From a virus: DNA of 64,000 bases. Position 1 is the stretch's first letter, and each line of letters opens with the position of its first letter. A program made the translations under genes and the position numbers. Below, one piece after another: positions 26,602 to 37,090 of the stretch. Under the pieces are notes generated by a model. It saw only the letters and a list, made by a program, of their open reading frames with translations, did not search any database and had not been told where the DNA came from. The DNA is taken from IMG/VR virus record IMGVR_UViG_3300008954_000025, positions 23,893 through 87,892 of that record; one strand, written 5' to 3'.

Positions 26602-28496
26602 TGATTCAGCTCATCCCCACCACTGCGGCCGACGTCGAGCAGCAAGCCAAGCAGCAGGCTGATGAGAAGTATTGGAAGAAGTTCCTGTACTTCTTCGAGC
26701 TGCGCATCGCTTCGCCGGCGTTCGATGGAGACGGCGTCGGGCCCCAGTTCGCCATGATGCCGCTGATCCTCGCGCCGCAGCGCATGACGATGGGCGAGCC
26801 GTTCGCAGTGAAGGCCACACCGACGCTCGGCGGCGGCCTGTACGTGGAGGAGTCCGGGATTCTCGCGAGGCCCATGCAGATCGCGGGCACGACCGGCTTC
26901 GCGCCGCGTCTGCTCGACCGCGTCCCGGTGTCGTCGAAGCGCGTGCGCGATGAGCTCCGATCGTACGTGGATCGGACGGTCGAGGTGGACGACTCCGTCA
27001 CGCGCCTGTCGGGGCAGAAGCAGCTGCAGATGCTCCAGGACCGCATCTTTCGGCTCTACGCCGACCTGAAACGGAACCCGGAGACGTCGGCCGGCACCGA
27101 GCTGATCTGGCACAACATCAAGGACGACGAGCACTGGCGCGTCATCCCGCAGAGCTTCGAGCTGCGCCGCGCGTCGCGCCGCAGCACGATGTACTTCTAC
27201 AACATCCAGATGCTCGCGGTGGAGCCTGCGGCGCAGCGCTCTCGGATCGTCTCCGAGGACCACGACCTCTTCGATGAGATCGGCGACCCGGCGCGGTCCA
27301 TCCGCGAGGGCATCGACCTCGTGAGCGGGACGCTGGACAACGTGGGTGGCCTGGGACGAGACACGGACGACTCCATCCGGAGTTACGTCAGCTCGGTCCG
27401 CTCGGTCACCCAGATCGCCGCCTCGGCGAACAACGTCGCGGCGGCCTCGGCCGACTTCGTGAACGGCCGGACTACCGAGATTCGAGGCGTCACGTCCGAC
27501 GGGCTCCTGCAGTTGCTCGCCGACACCGAGAACCTCCTGGACGCCATGGACTCCTCGCTGGTCGCCGTAGGCACGCTGCCGGCCTCTGTGCGCGCCGACT
27601 GGACCGACTTGGAGCGCGGGCTTCAGCGCATCGCTGCCTGGCCAGACCGGCTCCAGACGGCCCTACAGGCCCGCGTGACCGCGCTGGACGACGGCTCCGA
27701 GACCACCGAGGCCGAATCCGCCGCCGTGACCGCCCAGGTGACGTTCAGAGGCGTTCGGGCGGCCGGGACGCGGCCGAGGCTGGGTGACGCCCGAAAGCGC
27801 CGAGCGGCCCGTCTGGAGACACGCAGGCGCGCGCTCGAGGTCGCCGGCCTGACGGAGCGCACGGTCGGACAGGGGCAGACCATTCACGACATCGCCGCCG
27901 AGTACTTGGACGACGCGTCGCGGTACCGGGAGATCGCGGCGATCAATGACCTGCGGGCACCCTACATCCACCCGGCGGGGCTCCCGGGCACCCTACGACC
28001 GGGCGATCAGATCCTCATCCCGAGTCGGGCGTCTCGGCAGACGGCGCGGACGCTGCCGGTCGTCCGGGGCACCGACCTCCTCGCGCCCGAGACGCACCGC
28101 CTGTTCGGCGTGGACTGGCGCCTCGAACCGTCCTCGGACGGGAGCGGATTGTACGATATGGTGCTCGATGAGGCGAACAACGCAGGTAAGGACGTGAAGC
28201 GCGTCGCGGGGATCCCTAACCTGGAGCAGGCTGTAGGCACCCGTCTCCGTACGAACAAAGGGGACAGCGCGATGTACCGAGAGCTGGGGACCAATGTGGT
28301 GGTGGGCATGGGCAACACAGTCGTGGACACGGAGACGGCGCGGCTGCACATGACCTCCGCGGTGCAGGACGACCCGCGCATCGTGACCGTGTCGGGGGTC
28401 CAGCTCGCGCCGAGGGGGCCGGACAGCATCGACGTCGAGTTCAACGCTTCGGTGTACGGCCTGTCCGACCGGGTGAACATCACGTCGCGGACGTAG
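26601..28496 (+). CDS. Multidomain baseplate protein: tube-initiator-like N-terminus + LysM + gp25-like wedge domain
   Basis: TPTLGG.YVEE.G....I.GTTG; LysM VGQGQTIHDIAAEYLDDASRYREIAAIN.L...LRPGDQILIP; GIPNLEQA...RL.T.KG...DPRI. Confidence 0.7.
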   Translation: MIQLIPTTAADVEQQAKQQADEKYWKKFLYFFELRIASPAFDGDGVGPQFAMMPLILAPQRMTMGEPFAVKATPTLGGGLYVEESGILARPMQIAGTTGFAPRLLDRVPVSSKRVRDELRSYVDRTVEVDDSVTRLSGQKQLQMLQDRIFRLYADLKRNPETSAGTELIWHNIKDDEHWRVIPQSFELRRASRRSTMYFYNIQMLAVEPAAQRSRIVSEDHDLFDEIGDPARSIREGIDLVSGTLDNVGGLGRDTDDSIRSYVSSVRSVTQIAASANNVAAASADFVNGRTTEIRGVTSDGLLQLLADTENLLDAMDSSLVAVGTLPASVRADWTDLERGLQRIAAWPDRLQTALQARVTALDDGSETTEAESAAVTAQVTFRGVRAAGTRPRLGDARKRRAARLETRRRALEVAGLTERTVGQGQTIHDIAAEYLDDASRYREIAAINDLRAPYIHPAGLPGTLRPGDQILIPSRASRQTARTLPVVRGTDLLAPETHRLFGVDWRLEPSSDGSGLYDMVLDEANNAGKDVKRVAGIPNLEQAVGTRLRTNKGDSAMYRELGTNVVVGMGNTVVDTETARLHMTSAVQDDPRIVTVSGVQLAPRGPDSIDVEFNASVYGLSDRVNITSRT

Positions 28497-28506
28497 AGGA
28501 CAGCCA

Positions 28507-30192
28507 ATGCCCAAGCTGCAGATCAAGACCAAGCAGGAAGTCCAGCGGGACATCATCAACGCGGTCGTGGCGCGCACGTCGCTGTCCGACGTCACTGACA
28601 GCTCCACCCTCAAGCACTTCATCACGGCGCTCTCGACCGAGATCGCCGAGGTCTACTACCAGTTCACCCGACTCGCGGAGCTTTTCGACTTCCGCAAGGC
28701 GGCGGGCCTCGACCTCGACGAGCGCGCCAAGGAGATCCTCGGCGGGACCATCGAGCGGTTCGAGGCGCGCCGCGCCGTCGGGCAGCTCGAGTTCACACGT
28801 GCTGTCGCGACCGCTGCGCCGGTCACCATCCCGGCTGGGACGATCGTCGAGACGGCCGACGGCACCGCCGTCGAGACGACCGAGGACGCCCCCATCGCCG
28901 CGGCCGCGACCAGCTCGGCGCCCTTCGCCGACGCCCGCGCCGTCGAGGTCGGTGTGGACGGGAACATCGGCGTCGCCACGGCCGTCGTCTTCCGGACGAA
29001 GCCGATCGGCGTCGACTCGGTCAGCAACCCGTCCAGCTTTGGGCAGGGTCGCGACCGCGAGTCGGACGACGCCTACCGTGCGCGCATCCTGGACCTCATC
29101 GCGACGCTCCCACGCTGCACACCAGAGGCGCTCGCGTTCATCGTCCTCGGCGTCGAGGACCCGGCAGGCAGTGGCAAGACGATCGTCTTTTCGCACACGT
29201 TCGAGAACGCCAACGCGCCCGGCACGGCCATCGTGTACGTCGACGACGGCACGGGGAACGTGGCCGACTACGCGCGCCGACGGAGCGCCGCGGTGGTCGC
29301 CGCGCCCGGGGTCGACTCGCTGAGCGTGCTCACCGGAACCACGCAGACGCTGACGTCGGCCGGCGCGTTCCCGACCGACGCGACCGAGCGGGCCGAGATC
29401 GTCGGTGGCTACATCGCGATCACCAACGCGGCCAACGCAGGCAACGAGGGCCTGTTCCCGATCCTGTCGGTCCCGGACGCCAACACGATCACGTACACGA
29501 ACGCCGACGGCGTGGTCGAGGGTGCGGGCGCGCTCTTCGTTGCGGGCGAGCCGCTGACGCTCGGCTTGAACGGCCCGCCGACGGACAGCGCCGTGGGCGG
29601 CGAGGAGTTCCTCGACCACAACAACTTCCCGATGGTCACCGGAACGGACCTGCTCTACCTCGTCCGGGGCGACACGATCACGCTGCTGACGCCGGACACG
29701 GCCGCAGGTAACGACTACGACCTGCGCCAGTCGAACGGCCGCATCTTCTTCTCGGGCACGGCGGGTCCGCTGCAGACTGGTGACCGGATCGTCTCTGGGT
29801 ACCAGTACTACACCGGCGTCATCGCCGAGGCGCAGAAGGTCGTCGACGGCGACATCGACGACCGGCTGAACTACCCCGGCTGGCGCGCTGCTGGAGTCGA
29901 CGTTCGGGTCCTGCCGCCGACGGTGCGGCAGCGCGCGGTCACGGCGCGGTTGACCGTCCTCGAGGGCTTCGAGCGGACGACTGTCGTGTCCGACGCGGAG
30001 ACCGCGGTCAGCGACTACATCAACAACCTGGGCATCAGCGGCGACGTCATCTACCACGAGCTCGTGGAGCGGGTGATGGGCGTCGACGGCGTGTACGACA
30101 TCACGCTGCTGCTCGATGGCGCGGAGTCGAACGTGACCATCGACGATCACGAGATCGCGCGCATCACCGCGCTGAACATCGACGTGGCGTAG
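28507..30192 (+). CDS. Baseplate J-like wedge protein
   Basis: A.G.DLD, IPAGTIV.T, A.EVGVDGN, V.NP..F..GRDRESD..YR.R, YINNLGISGDVI. Confidence 0.88.
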   Translation: MPKLQIKTKQEVQRDIINAVVARTSLSDVTDSSTLKHFITALSTEIAEVYYQFTRLAELFDFRKAAGLDLDERAKEILGGTIERFEARRAVGQLEFTRAVATAAPVTIPAGTIVETADGTAVETTEDAPIAAAATSSAPFADARAVEVGVDGNIGVATAVVFRTKPIGVDSVSNPSSFGQGRDRESDDAYRARILDLIATLPRCTPEALAFIVLGVEDPAGSGKTIVFSHTFENANAPGTAIVYVDDGTGNVADYARRRSAAVVAAPGVDSLSVLTGTTQTLTSAGAFPTDATERAEIVGGYIAITNAANAGNEGLFPILSVPDANTITYTNADGVVEGAGALFVAGEPLTLGLNGPPTDSAVGGEEFLDHNNFPMVTGTDLLYLVRGDTITLLTPDTAAGNDYDLRQSNGRIFFSGTAGPLQTGDRIVSGYQYYTGVIAEAQKVVDGDIDDRLNYPGWRAAGVDVRVLPPTVRQRAVTARLTVLEGFERTTVVSDAETAVSDYINNLGISGDVIYHELVERVMGVDGVYDITLLLDGAESNVTIDDHEIARITALNIDVA

Positions 30193-30202
30193 GAGACGCA
30201 GC

Positions 30203-32011
30203 GTGCCCGTCATCAACCAGCAGACGCTCACATCGCACGCCACCTTCACCGCGGCGATCGCAGGCATCCCCGCTGGTGCGTGGCCGGCTGGTGGCTACGA
30301 GCTGCGCGCCGACGACGACGGCCCGTACGTGGAGACGATCACCGTCAGCCCCGCGACGGTGACGATCGCGGACAAGGGCAACGAGGAGCTGACGCTGTCC
30401 GGGCGCCTCGACGGCGGGGGCCTCGTCCCGACGACCGTCGTGGACGCCGACCCGGCACCCGCTGGTGGCGACGGCGTGTACGTGTGGGGCGTCAACGACG
30501 TCACGATCAAGGAGCTCGTCTTCATCGACGTGCACACGTCGAACGCGTTCACGAACGCGGCCGTCCGCATCGGTGAGCGCGGTGGCGGAACGAACCTGCC
30601 AGCGCACCGCATCACCATCGACAGCTGCCTCCTGGGACAGATCACCGTCCCGGCCGCCAACGCGGGCGTGTACATCGAGGGACTCGGCGCTGCGTGCGAT
30701 GACATTCAGATTCTCGGCGGCGACCCCTCCGTCGACGTGGTGCCGCGGACGCAGATCCGGGGGACGCGGAGCTGGTGCGTCTACGCACAGAACGTCACGC
30801 AGCTGACGATCGACTACGCGCTGTTCCTGCAACACACGGGCGCGCTCAGCTCGGGTGCAGCCATTCAGCTCATCAACACCGACGACGTCTTCATGCACCG
30901 GACGTTTCACCGGCTGCACGAGACGGCAGCCCTGTACGTCGGGGCGTCGGACCGCGTGCGCGTGGTCAACTCGCAGTTCCAGGAGTGCAACGACACCGAC
31001 GTCAACAACGAGTACATCGAGCTGGACAACGTCGACGGGTTCGCGTCCTGGAACAACACGTTCGCGCACCTCGACGGCACCGACCCGATCCGTGCCTTCA
31101 CGTACGTCCACAACTCGACGGCCGGCAGCGTCATCCACTTCGAGGGCAACATCTTCTACCTCGCCGGTACTGGCGCGACGCACGATGTCTACCGGCTCGG
31201 CGCCGTGGTGGACCTCAGTGCGCTGCAGACCGGCGACTCGAGCAGCAACTGCTTCCACCTCGTCGACGCAGGCGAGGCTGCACCGAACACGCCAGGCATC
31301 GCCCGCGTCGATGCGACGGCGACAGACTACGAGACGCTGACGGCCTGGCGGGCCGGCGCGTCGTTGGACCCCTCCGGCTCGATCGGCGCCGTGCGGTCAG
31401 TCGACGCCGACCCGGTGTTCCAGGACGCCACGCCCGGCAGCGGGGCGGACCTGCGCATCGGCACTACCAGCGGCGCCATCGGCATCGCGGCCAAGACGTG
31501 GACCGCGGCGTTCGGCGAGGCGGCCGTCACGCAGCCGATGACCGCCGACTTCTTCGGCAACGCGCGCTCCGAGGCGCTCAACGATGCCGGGTACCACGAG
31601 GTGATCACGACCTCGACGTCGGTCACGCCGACCACCGTCGAGAAGAACGGCGGGTACCGGATCGCAGTGACGGGGCTGTCGATCCCGGACGGCAGCTATC
31701 GCTTCCACCTCGGGCCGCTCGGCACCACCGCTGACCCGATCTGCTACGCCGGTAGCTACGGCAGCGTGAACGACGTCGTCGTCGCTGACGGTTCGGGCGT
31801 CTTCGTGTCGCCGCCGCTAGCCTCCGGCGGCCCGTACAACGTCTTCGTCGCCGGGTTCGACGCGACCTCCGGCAGCACCGAGCTCGTGTCTGGTGCCGTG
31901 TCGTACGTGCACAAAAACCACCGCAGCAGTTTGTACGCGCTGCGCTCTCTGCTACTGCCGTGGTGGAAGACCGGACCGCGCCAGGTCGCGAAGGAGCCGC
32001 TGCAGACATGA
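30203..32011 (+). CDS. Parallel beta-helix (pectate-lyase-like) virion protein, possible depolymerase/tailspike
   Basis: Repetitive beta-strand pattern (VTI..L.F, ITIDSC, VRVVNSQF, WNNTF, GNIFY), DP.F...DLR, DFFGN.R...DAGYHE. Confidence 0.6.
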   Translation: MPVINQQTLTSHATFTAAIAGIPAGAWPAGGYELRADDDGPYVETITVSPATVTIADKGNEELTLSGRLDGGGLVPTTVVDADPAPAGGDGVYVWGVNDVTIKELVFIDVHTSNAFTNAAVRIGERGGGTNLPAHRITIDSCLLGQITVPAANAGVYIEGLGAACDDIQILGGDPSVDVVPRTQIRGTRSWCVYAQNVTQLTIDYALFLQHTGALSSGAAIQLINTDDVFMHRTFHRLHETAALYVGASDRVRVVNSQFQECNDTDVNNEYIELDNVDGFASWNNTFAHLDGTDPIRAFTYVHNSTAGSVIHFEGNIFYLAGTGATHDVYRLGAVVDLSALQTGDSSSNCFHLVDAGEAAPNTPGIARVDATATDYETLTAWRAGASLDPSGSIGAVRSVDADPVFQDATPGSGADLRIGTTSGAIGIAAKTWTAAFGEAAVTQPMTADFFGNARSEALNDAGYHEVITTSTSVTPTTVEKNGGYRIAVTGLSIPDGSYRFHLGPLGTTADPICYAGSYGSVNDVVVADGSGVFVSPPLASGGPYNVFVAGFDATSGSTELVSGAVSYVHKNHRSSLYALRSLLLPWWKTGPRQVAKEPLQT

Positions 32012-34953
32012 CCGAGGGGTTGATCGAAGGACTGACCGGCGCGCTCGGCGACGAGCTGTCACGCCTCGGCGGCTTCCGGTCGACCCGGGTGCAAGTGCAG
32101 TTGACGCCGGCGGCCACGGTCGTCGACTACGGCGCGGCGTTCAACCCGAACGCCGAGACGGCACAGCCGTGGAACCTGGATCCGCACCAGGGCGCTGTGT
32201 CAATCAACGCGGCTGGCACGACCGCGACGTTGACGGTCGGCGCCGAGCGTGGCTTCAGCGCCGCCATCACGGCCGCCCACCGCTTCCGTATCCTGTCGCC
32301 TCTGCTCGCGGCGCCCTCGGTGACCGACTCGATCGTGTCGCGCGACTCGGCGACGCAGCTCACGCTGGGCGGCGGGGTGTTCGACGACAAAGACACCAAC
32401 GCCTCGTGGGAGGTCTACGACCCGACGCTCATTCACCACCTCAACGTCGAGACGACCTTCGGTTGGGACACCAGCGGCATGTTCGTTATGGCCGGCGGCC
32501 TGTACCGGTACACGGGGACGACGCCTGTCCAGCTCCGAAACGTCGAGTTCTTCAACGGCGAGGTCTGGACCTACCTGCTGCCGCAGGACCTCATCTTCGA
32601 GGTCGGCGACGAGGTCGTGGACTTCACGCGCGCGTTCTCGGCTGTCGATTCGATGTGGCGGTCCTTCCTCGTCGACTACGCGACTGGGACCGACCTCGAC
32701 ACCCTCGGCTACAACCTTGGCGTGCGCCGTGTGCCGACCAGCCTCGACGCCGTCTATCGCGCGGTGATCAAGGCCATCGCGTACGTCCCCCGCGGCACGA
32801 TGTGGGTCATCGAGCTGCTGCTCGCCGCGCTGATCGGTGAAGGCAACTACGAGGTGTTCGAGGACCTGACCCAGCGCGTGCCGACGGCTGCGCAGGTCGC
32901 GGCCGGCGCGCACTTCCGTTTCAGCGCGAACCACCCCGCACAGATCTTTATCCGCGCGACGGCTGCGTCTGGCGCCGCCGGCAAGACGTTCGTCGAGGAC
33001 GTCGAGCGCAGGCCGCTGCTGGCCGGCAACACCGTGCAGATCACCGAGACGCCGATCAAGGTCGTGGGCGTCGAGCTCGCGCGCGAGTGCTTCGAGCGCC
33101 TGGTCGCTTCGGGCGACAGCGCGACCGGCACGGTCACTGCGACGACCGGCCCCGGCAGCACACCCACCACGCTGTCGGTCGCGTACGACGCGGCGGCCGG
33201 GCTGCTGTCGGGCGAGGTGTTGGTCGGCGACGACTTCCACATCACGTCGCCGGGGCTGCTCGGCCGCGTCGGTCCTATCTCAGCCGTCTCCGGGACCACG
33301 CTGACGCTCCGCGACATCGACGGCGCGGCTGGCATGCAGCTGCGGCGCGCGTGGACGGGGCTGGCCTGGAAGGTCACCCGCGAGAAGACGGGCGTGCTCC
33401 ACGGCTACCGGCCGTCCGAGGACCTGCAGGTCGAATACGAGGGCGGACCCCTTCGCCAGCTGTGGGTCTACGACGGCAACGACCTCGGCGATCCGGACAC
33501 GTGGCCGGCGGCCGAGACGACGTACGTCACGCACGTGACCGAGGCCGGACAGGGCCAGTTCCTCCGCATCGCCGAGCCGCCGTCGGTGGACTCGCGCGCC
33601 TTCTACGACATGCAGTCGCGCGTGACGGAGCAGAGCTACGCCACGTTCGAGCTGCTGGTCCGGATCAACGGCGCCGACGGGGCTGACGTAGGCGGCTCCG
33701 ACGCGAGCAAGCCGCAGTTCTCGATGCAGCTCGAAGACGGCCGGCGCCTCATGGCCGTCGGCGTGCTCGCGTCGGGTGCCGGCGGCGACACGCGCTTCGG
33801 GTTCTTCAACCCCAACGGCGCAGTGCCGTGGATCACCTCCGGCGGCGCGGTGACCATCCCGTCCGGCGAGTGGACCACCCTCGAGATCAAGAAGTGCCGC
33901 AACGACAACGTCCAGCTCTACGCGGACGGCCGCCTCGTCGAAGACGTGCCGTACGGCGACTTCCCGTCCGGCGGTGCCTTCCGACGGCGCTTCGGCAACA
34001 CGAGCGGCCCGCAGACCGGCATCCTCATCGACGTCAAGCACGCGGACTGGTCTGCACGCACGCCCCGCGACTACTGGAACCACCACGTCGCGACAGGCGA
34101 TGCGGCGGACGCCGGCCCGAACGTCACCGACACAGGCACCAGCGGCGCGTTCGGCAGCGCGGTGGTGGGCGACCTCGTCCGCATCCACCGCCACTCGACG
34201 CTGAACGCGGTGGGCGGCGATGCTCGCGGCGAGTGGGTCATCGACGATGTCGTGGACGCGAACACGGCCCGCACGACCTACGGCCGGACGCACAACGACG
34301 GCCAGGTCATCGCCGGCTCGCTGCTGCAGTTCCGGAGCGAGGACGACCCCCGCGCGTTCACGTTCCCGACGGACCTCGGCAACCAGATCGAGCTGGTCAC
34401 TGGCGCGGACGCCGGCACGGTCTGGCTGATCGACCAGTTGCTGGACCCAAACACCGGCCGCAACCTCGCGACGCTGGATGACGGGACGACGGCCGCGCTG
34501 GTCAACGTCCCGACCGTGACGAGCGTGGCGCTGGTGTCGCCTGTGCCAGCCGGCGCCGCGACGCTCACCGCGCAGAGCCGGTCGCAGTGGCGGAAGATGC
34601 TCACCGCGCAGCCGGCCCCGTCCGATCCGGACGTGGGCTTCGAGGTCGTGGATCAGGGCACGCTGGTCGGTACCACGCTGACGCTGCCGCAGACGTTCCC
34701 GATCGGGCTGTACACGCTGCCGGACGGCCCGCTGGTCGAGGTGCACTACACGCGGCTGCTGACGGCGCAGGTGGTCGAGAACGCCGACGTGGTCAATGAC
34801 ACCAACGCAGACCCAGGCTATGCCTACTACCCGTTCTACCTCTCAGACAGCTTCGGGTGGGTGAAGGGCATCCTGGACGTGATCACCGCGGCCGGCGTGC
34901 ACGTCGATCTGCGCAACTTCTTCCGCGACGCCTCCGGGCCGCACATTAGGTAG
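32008..34953 (+). CDS. Large baseplate wedge/tail protein with a LamG-like central domain
   Basis: ATG.DLD.LG.N.GV.R.......YR..IKA..Y.PRGT wedge motif; W..LEI....VQLY.DG; terminal ITAAGV. Confidence 0.6.
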   Translation: MTEGLIEGLTGALGDELSRLGGFRSTRVQVQLTPAATVVDYGAAFNPNAETAQPWNLDPHQGAVSINAAGTTATLTVGAERGFSAAITAAHRFRILSPLLAAPSVTDSIVSRDSATQLTLGGGVFDDKDTNASWEVYDPTLIHHLNVETTFGWDTSGMFVMAGGLYRYTGTTPVQLRNVEFFNGEVWTYLLPQDLIFEVGDEVVDFTRAFSAVDSMWRSFLVDYATGTDLDTLGYNLGVRRVPTSLDAVYRAVIKAIAYVPRGTMWVIELLLAALIGEGNYEVFEDLTQRVPTAAQVAAGAHFRFSANHPAQIFIRATAASGAAGKTFVEDVERRPLLAGNTVQITETPIKVVGVELARECFERLVASGDSATGTVTATTGPGSTPTTLSVAYDAAAGLLSGEVLVGDDFHITSPGLLGRVGPISAVSGTTLTLRDIDGAAGMQLRRAWTGLAWKVTREKTGVLHGYRPSEDLQVEYEGGPLRQLWVYDGNDLGDPDTWPAAETTYVTHVTEAGQGQFLRIAEPPSVDSRAFYDMQSRVTEQSYATFELLVRINGADGADVGGSDASKPQFSMQLEDGRRLMAVGVLASGAGGDTRFGFFNPNGAVPWITSGGAVTIPSGEWTTLEIKKCRNDNVQLYADGRLVEDVPYGDFPSGGAFRRRFGNTSGPQTGILIDVKHADWSARTPRDYWNHHVATGDAADAGPNVTDTGTSGAFGSAVVGDLVRIHRHSTLNAVGGDARGEWVIDDVVDANTARTTYGRTHNDGQVIAGSLLQFRSEDDPRAFTFPTDLGNQIELVTGADAGTVWLIDQLLDPNTGRNLATLDDGTTAALVNVPTVTSVALVSPVPAGAATLTAQSRSQWRKMLTAQPAPSDPDVGFEVVDQGTLVGTTLTLPQTFPIGLYTLPDGPLVEVHYTRLLTAQVVENADVVNDTNADPGYAYYPFYLSDSFGWVKGILDVITAAGVHVDLRNFFRDASGPHIR

Positions 34954-34970
34954 GATGAGGAGAGTATCCC

Positions 34971-36767
34971 GTGAGCGACACCAAGAAGTACCTGCGTACC
35001 GAAGACGGCGAGCGCGTCGACCAGCCGGACTTCCAGCACGCGGCCGAGCGCTCTCAGCTCAACGGCCTCACCCAGATGGGCGACTCGGTGCTGGTGGGCG
35101 TCGACCGCGCACGTGCAGCTGCGGGCGACCCGGCGCAGCTGCGTCACTACGTGCTCGAGGGCTTCGAGGTCCGGGCGCAGGCGTCCGGCTCCATCGTCGA
35201 AGTCGACGGCGGCGTCGCGCTCATGGGCTACCGCCATGAGCGCCAGGTGCAGTACGGCGCGGTGAACTCCGGCCAGACGATGCAGCTGCACGACGTCGGC
35301 GGGGCCGCGAACCCTGGCGTCGTGCACACCATCTGGGTCCGCTTCAACCTCGCCGACGAGGACCCCGGCAACCGCGCCTTCTGGAACAGCGCCGGCGCGC
35401 CGCCAGTCGAGATCGTGCGCAGCATCCCCACCCGGCTCGCCGAGGAGTGGCAGATTACGCACACCGAGGGCGACTGGCAGGTCGCGGGCACCGTGTCGCC
35501 CGGAGACGAGTGGATGCCAGTCGCGACGGTCACGCCGTCGGACATCACCAACACGCTCACCGGCACGCGCGTCTTCTACTTCGAGGGCCGGGAGTCCGCG
35601 CTCTTCGAGTTGGGCGACGCGGACTGGGGCCACGCCACCGACCGCGATCCCCTGCGCGAGACGAACGGCGTCTTCGGCTTCCGGCGCTTCGCGATGGGCG
35701 TGCTGAGGCAGTTGCAGGGCATCATTCACGGCTCAGGCTCGGTGTCACTCGGCAGCCAGCCCTGGTACACGGACGTCACGGGATTCACCTCCGCCGGTGA
35801 CGAGCAGGGCCTGCGCGAGCTTCATTTCAACAAGCTCGACAGTCGCGGACGCACAGCCGGGTCGCCATACGGCGAGATGACGGGCCACCTGGACCCCGCC
35901 CTCGCCAACGACAATACGCTCGACATCGGCAGCCTAACCCAGCGCTGGCGCGACTTCATCGGCCGCGGCGTCCAGCTCGGCGCGGGGTTCATCGCGTCGC
36001 AGGCCGACGCGCTGCTGCCGCGCATCACGATGCCCGTGCGCACAACGGCGCTCGACCGCACGCTGCTGTGGGAAGTCACTGACTCATCGTACGCGCCAGG
36101 CACGTTCCGCCTCTACGCCTCCAAGCCTGCCGGGACTGGCCTGGCTTATGTAGCGACGCTCAATGCGGCCTGGAACCCCGCCACGAGCCAATGGGATCGC
36201 GACGTCGTCCTCGGAGCACGAGACGCAGTCATCGTTAGTGTCACACCCGAGTCTGCGACCCTAACCATCGGTCGACACGCCGCTGCGCTCGCAGCCTCAT
36301 GGAACGATGTTTTCGCGGCAGGGGGCAGCGACTGGGCCATTGTGTTTCGGGGACCCAACAACGGCACCAACCGATCGGAGCTCGACTCATTCGACCTCAC
36401 GAACAACGCGGGCGCGACTGTCGGCGGTAGCGAGAGCGTCTACGCCAACTCGATCTGCAAGGCGTGGGGTATGGTCCAGACCGACGGCGCGGGGCTCATC
36501 TCCACTCGTCGTGGATACGGCTACGACCAGGCCGGACTCGTGCTTACCGGACCTGGCGGGCTGCAGGTCGACCTGCTGGGCACACCGATCAGCACCTTCG
36601 ACTACGCCGTGGTCACCAGCGTGGTCAACGCAGCTACTGGGACACCCGCCGCGATCGGCGCGCTTCCTGATGCGCTCCAGCCCGAGCGCTTCGTGATCAA
36701 CTCGACGCTCAACTTCAACACCGTCTCCGTGAAGATCTTCTTCCAGGTCTTCGGGCGCACCTCGTGA
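34971..36767 (+). CDS. Tail fiber protein
   Basis: N-terminal ERVD.PDF anchor-like motif; LDIGSLTQRWRD; C-terminal CKAWG.V.....GY module; last structural gene. Confidence 0.6.
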   Translation: MSDTKKYLRTEDGERVDQPDFQHAAERSQLNGLTQMGDSVLVGVDRARAAAGDPAQLRHYVLEGFEVRAQASGSIVEVDGGVALMGYRHERQVQYGAVNSGQTMQLHDVGGAANPGVVHTIWVRFNLADEDPGNRAFWNSAGAPPVEIVRSIPTRLAEEWQITHTEGDWQVAGTVSPGDEWMPVATVTPSDITNTLTGTRVFYFEGRESALFELGDADWGHATDRDPLRETNGVFGFRRFAMGVLRQLQGIIHGSGSVSLGSQPWYTDVTGFTSAGDEQGLRELHFNKLDSRGRTAGSPYGEMTGHLDPALANDNTLDIGSLTQRWRDFIGRGVQLGAGFIASQADALLPRITMPVRTTALDRTLLWEVTDSSYAPGTFRLYASKPAGTGLAYVATLNAAWNPATSQWDRDVVLGARDAVIVSVTPESATLTIGRHAAALAASWNDVFAAGGSDWAIVFRGPNNGTNRSELDSFDLTNNAGATVGGSESVYANSICKAWGMVQTDGAGLISTRRGYGYDQAGLVLTGPGGLQVDLLGTPISTFDYAVVTSVVNAATGTPAAIGALPDALQPERFVINSTLNFNTVSVKIFFQVFGRTS

Positions 36768-37090
36768 TGAAGCAGGCCAAGAACTGGCTCAAGTGGATCG
36801 GCGGTCTCGTGCTGTTCGTCCTGGTCGCCGCCGGCGCGCGGGCATTGTTCATGCGGCGCGGCCGGCCGGTCCTGCCGGACGTGAAGCACGAGCTCGCCGC
36901 GATCGAGGCCGAGCGCAAGACGGCCCGCCTCGAGGCCGAGCGTGGTCACGCTGAGGCGCTCGCGGCCGTGTACCGCGACCACGCGGATGCGCTGGCCGGC
37001 CTGGACGACGCCGCCGCGGCAGAGGCAGAATCGCTGAGTGCCGACCCTCAAGCGCTGGCTGGCTTCCTGGTGCGTGCTGCTCGCGGGTAG
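36764..37090 (+). CDS. Membrane-anchored coiled-coil protein (i-spanin-like)
   Basis: Single N-terminal TM helix WIGGLVLFVLVAAG followed by an Ala/Glu helical region. Confidence 0.5.
   Translation: MMKQAKNWLKWIGGLVLFVLVAAGARALFMRRGRPVLPDVKHELAAIEAERKTARLEAERGHAEALAAVYRDHADALAGLDDAAAAEAESLSADPQALAGFLVRAARG

Noticed and set aside
13381-36767. Tailocin or extracellular contractile injection system
   Set aside because: Head-tail neck genes, a TerS-like gene and a full replication module indicate a true phage
34971-36767. Diversity-generating retroelement or invertible tail-fiber cassette
   Set aside because: No reverse transcriptase, invertase or duplicated template repeat seen; the codon shift near 36060-36450 fits ordinary fiber mosaicism
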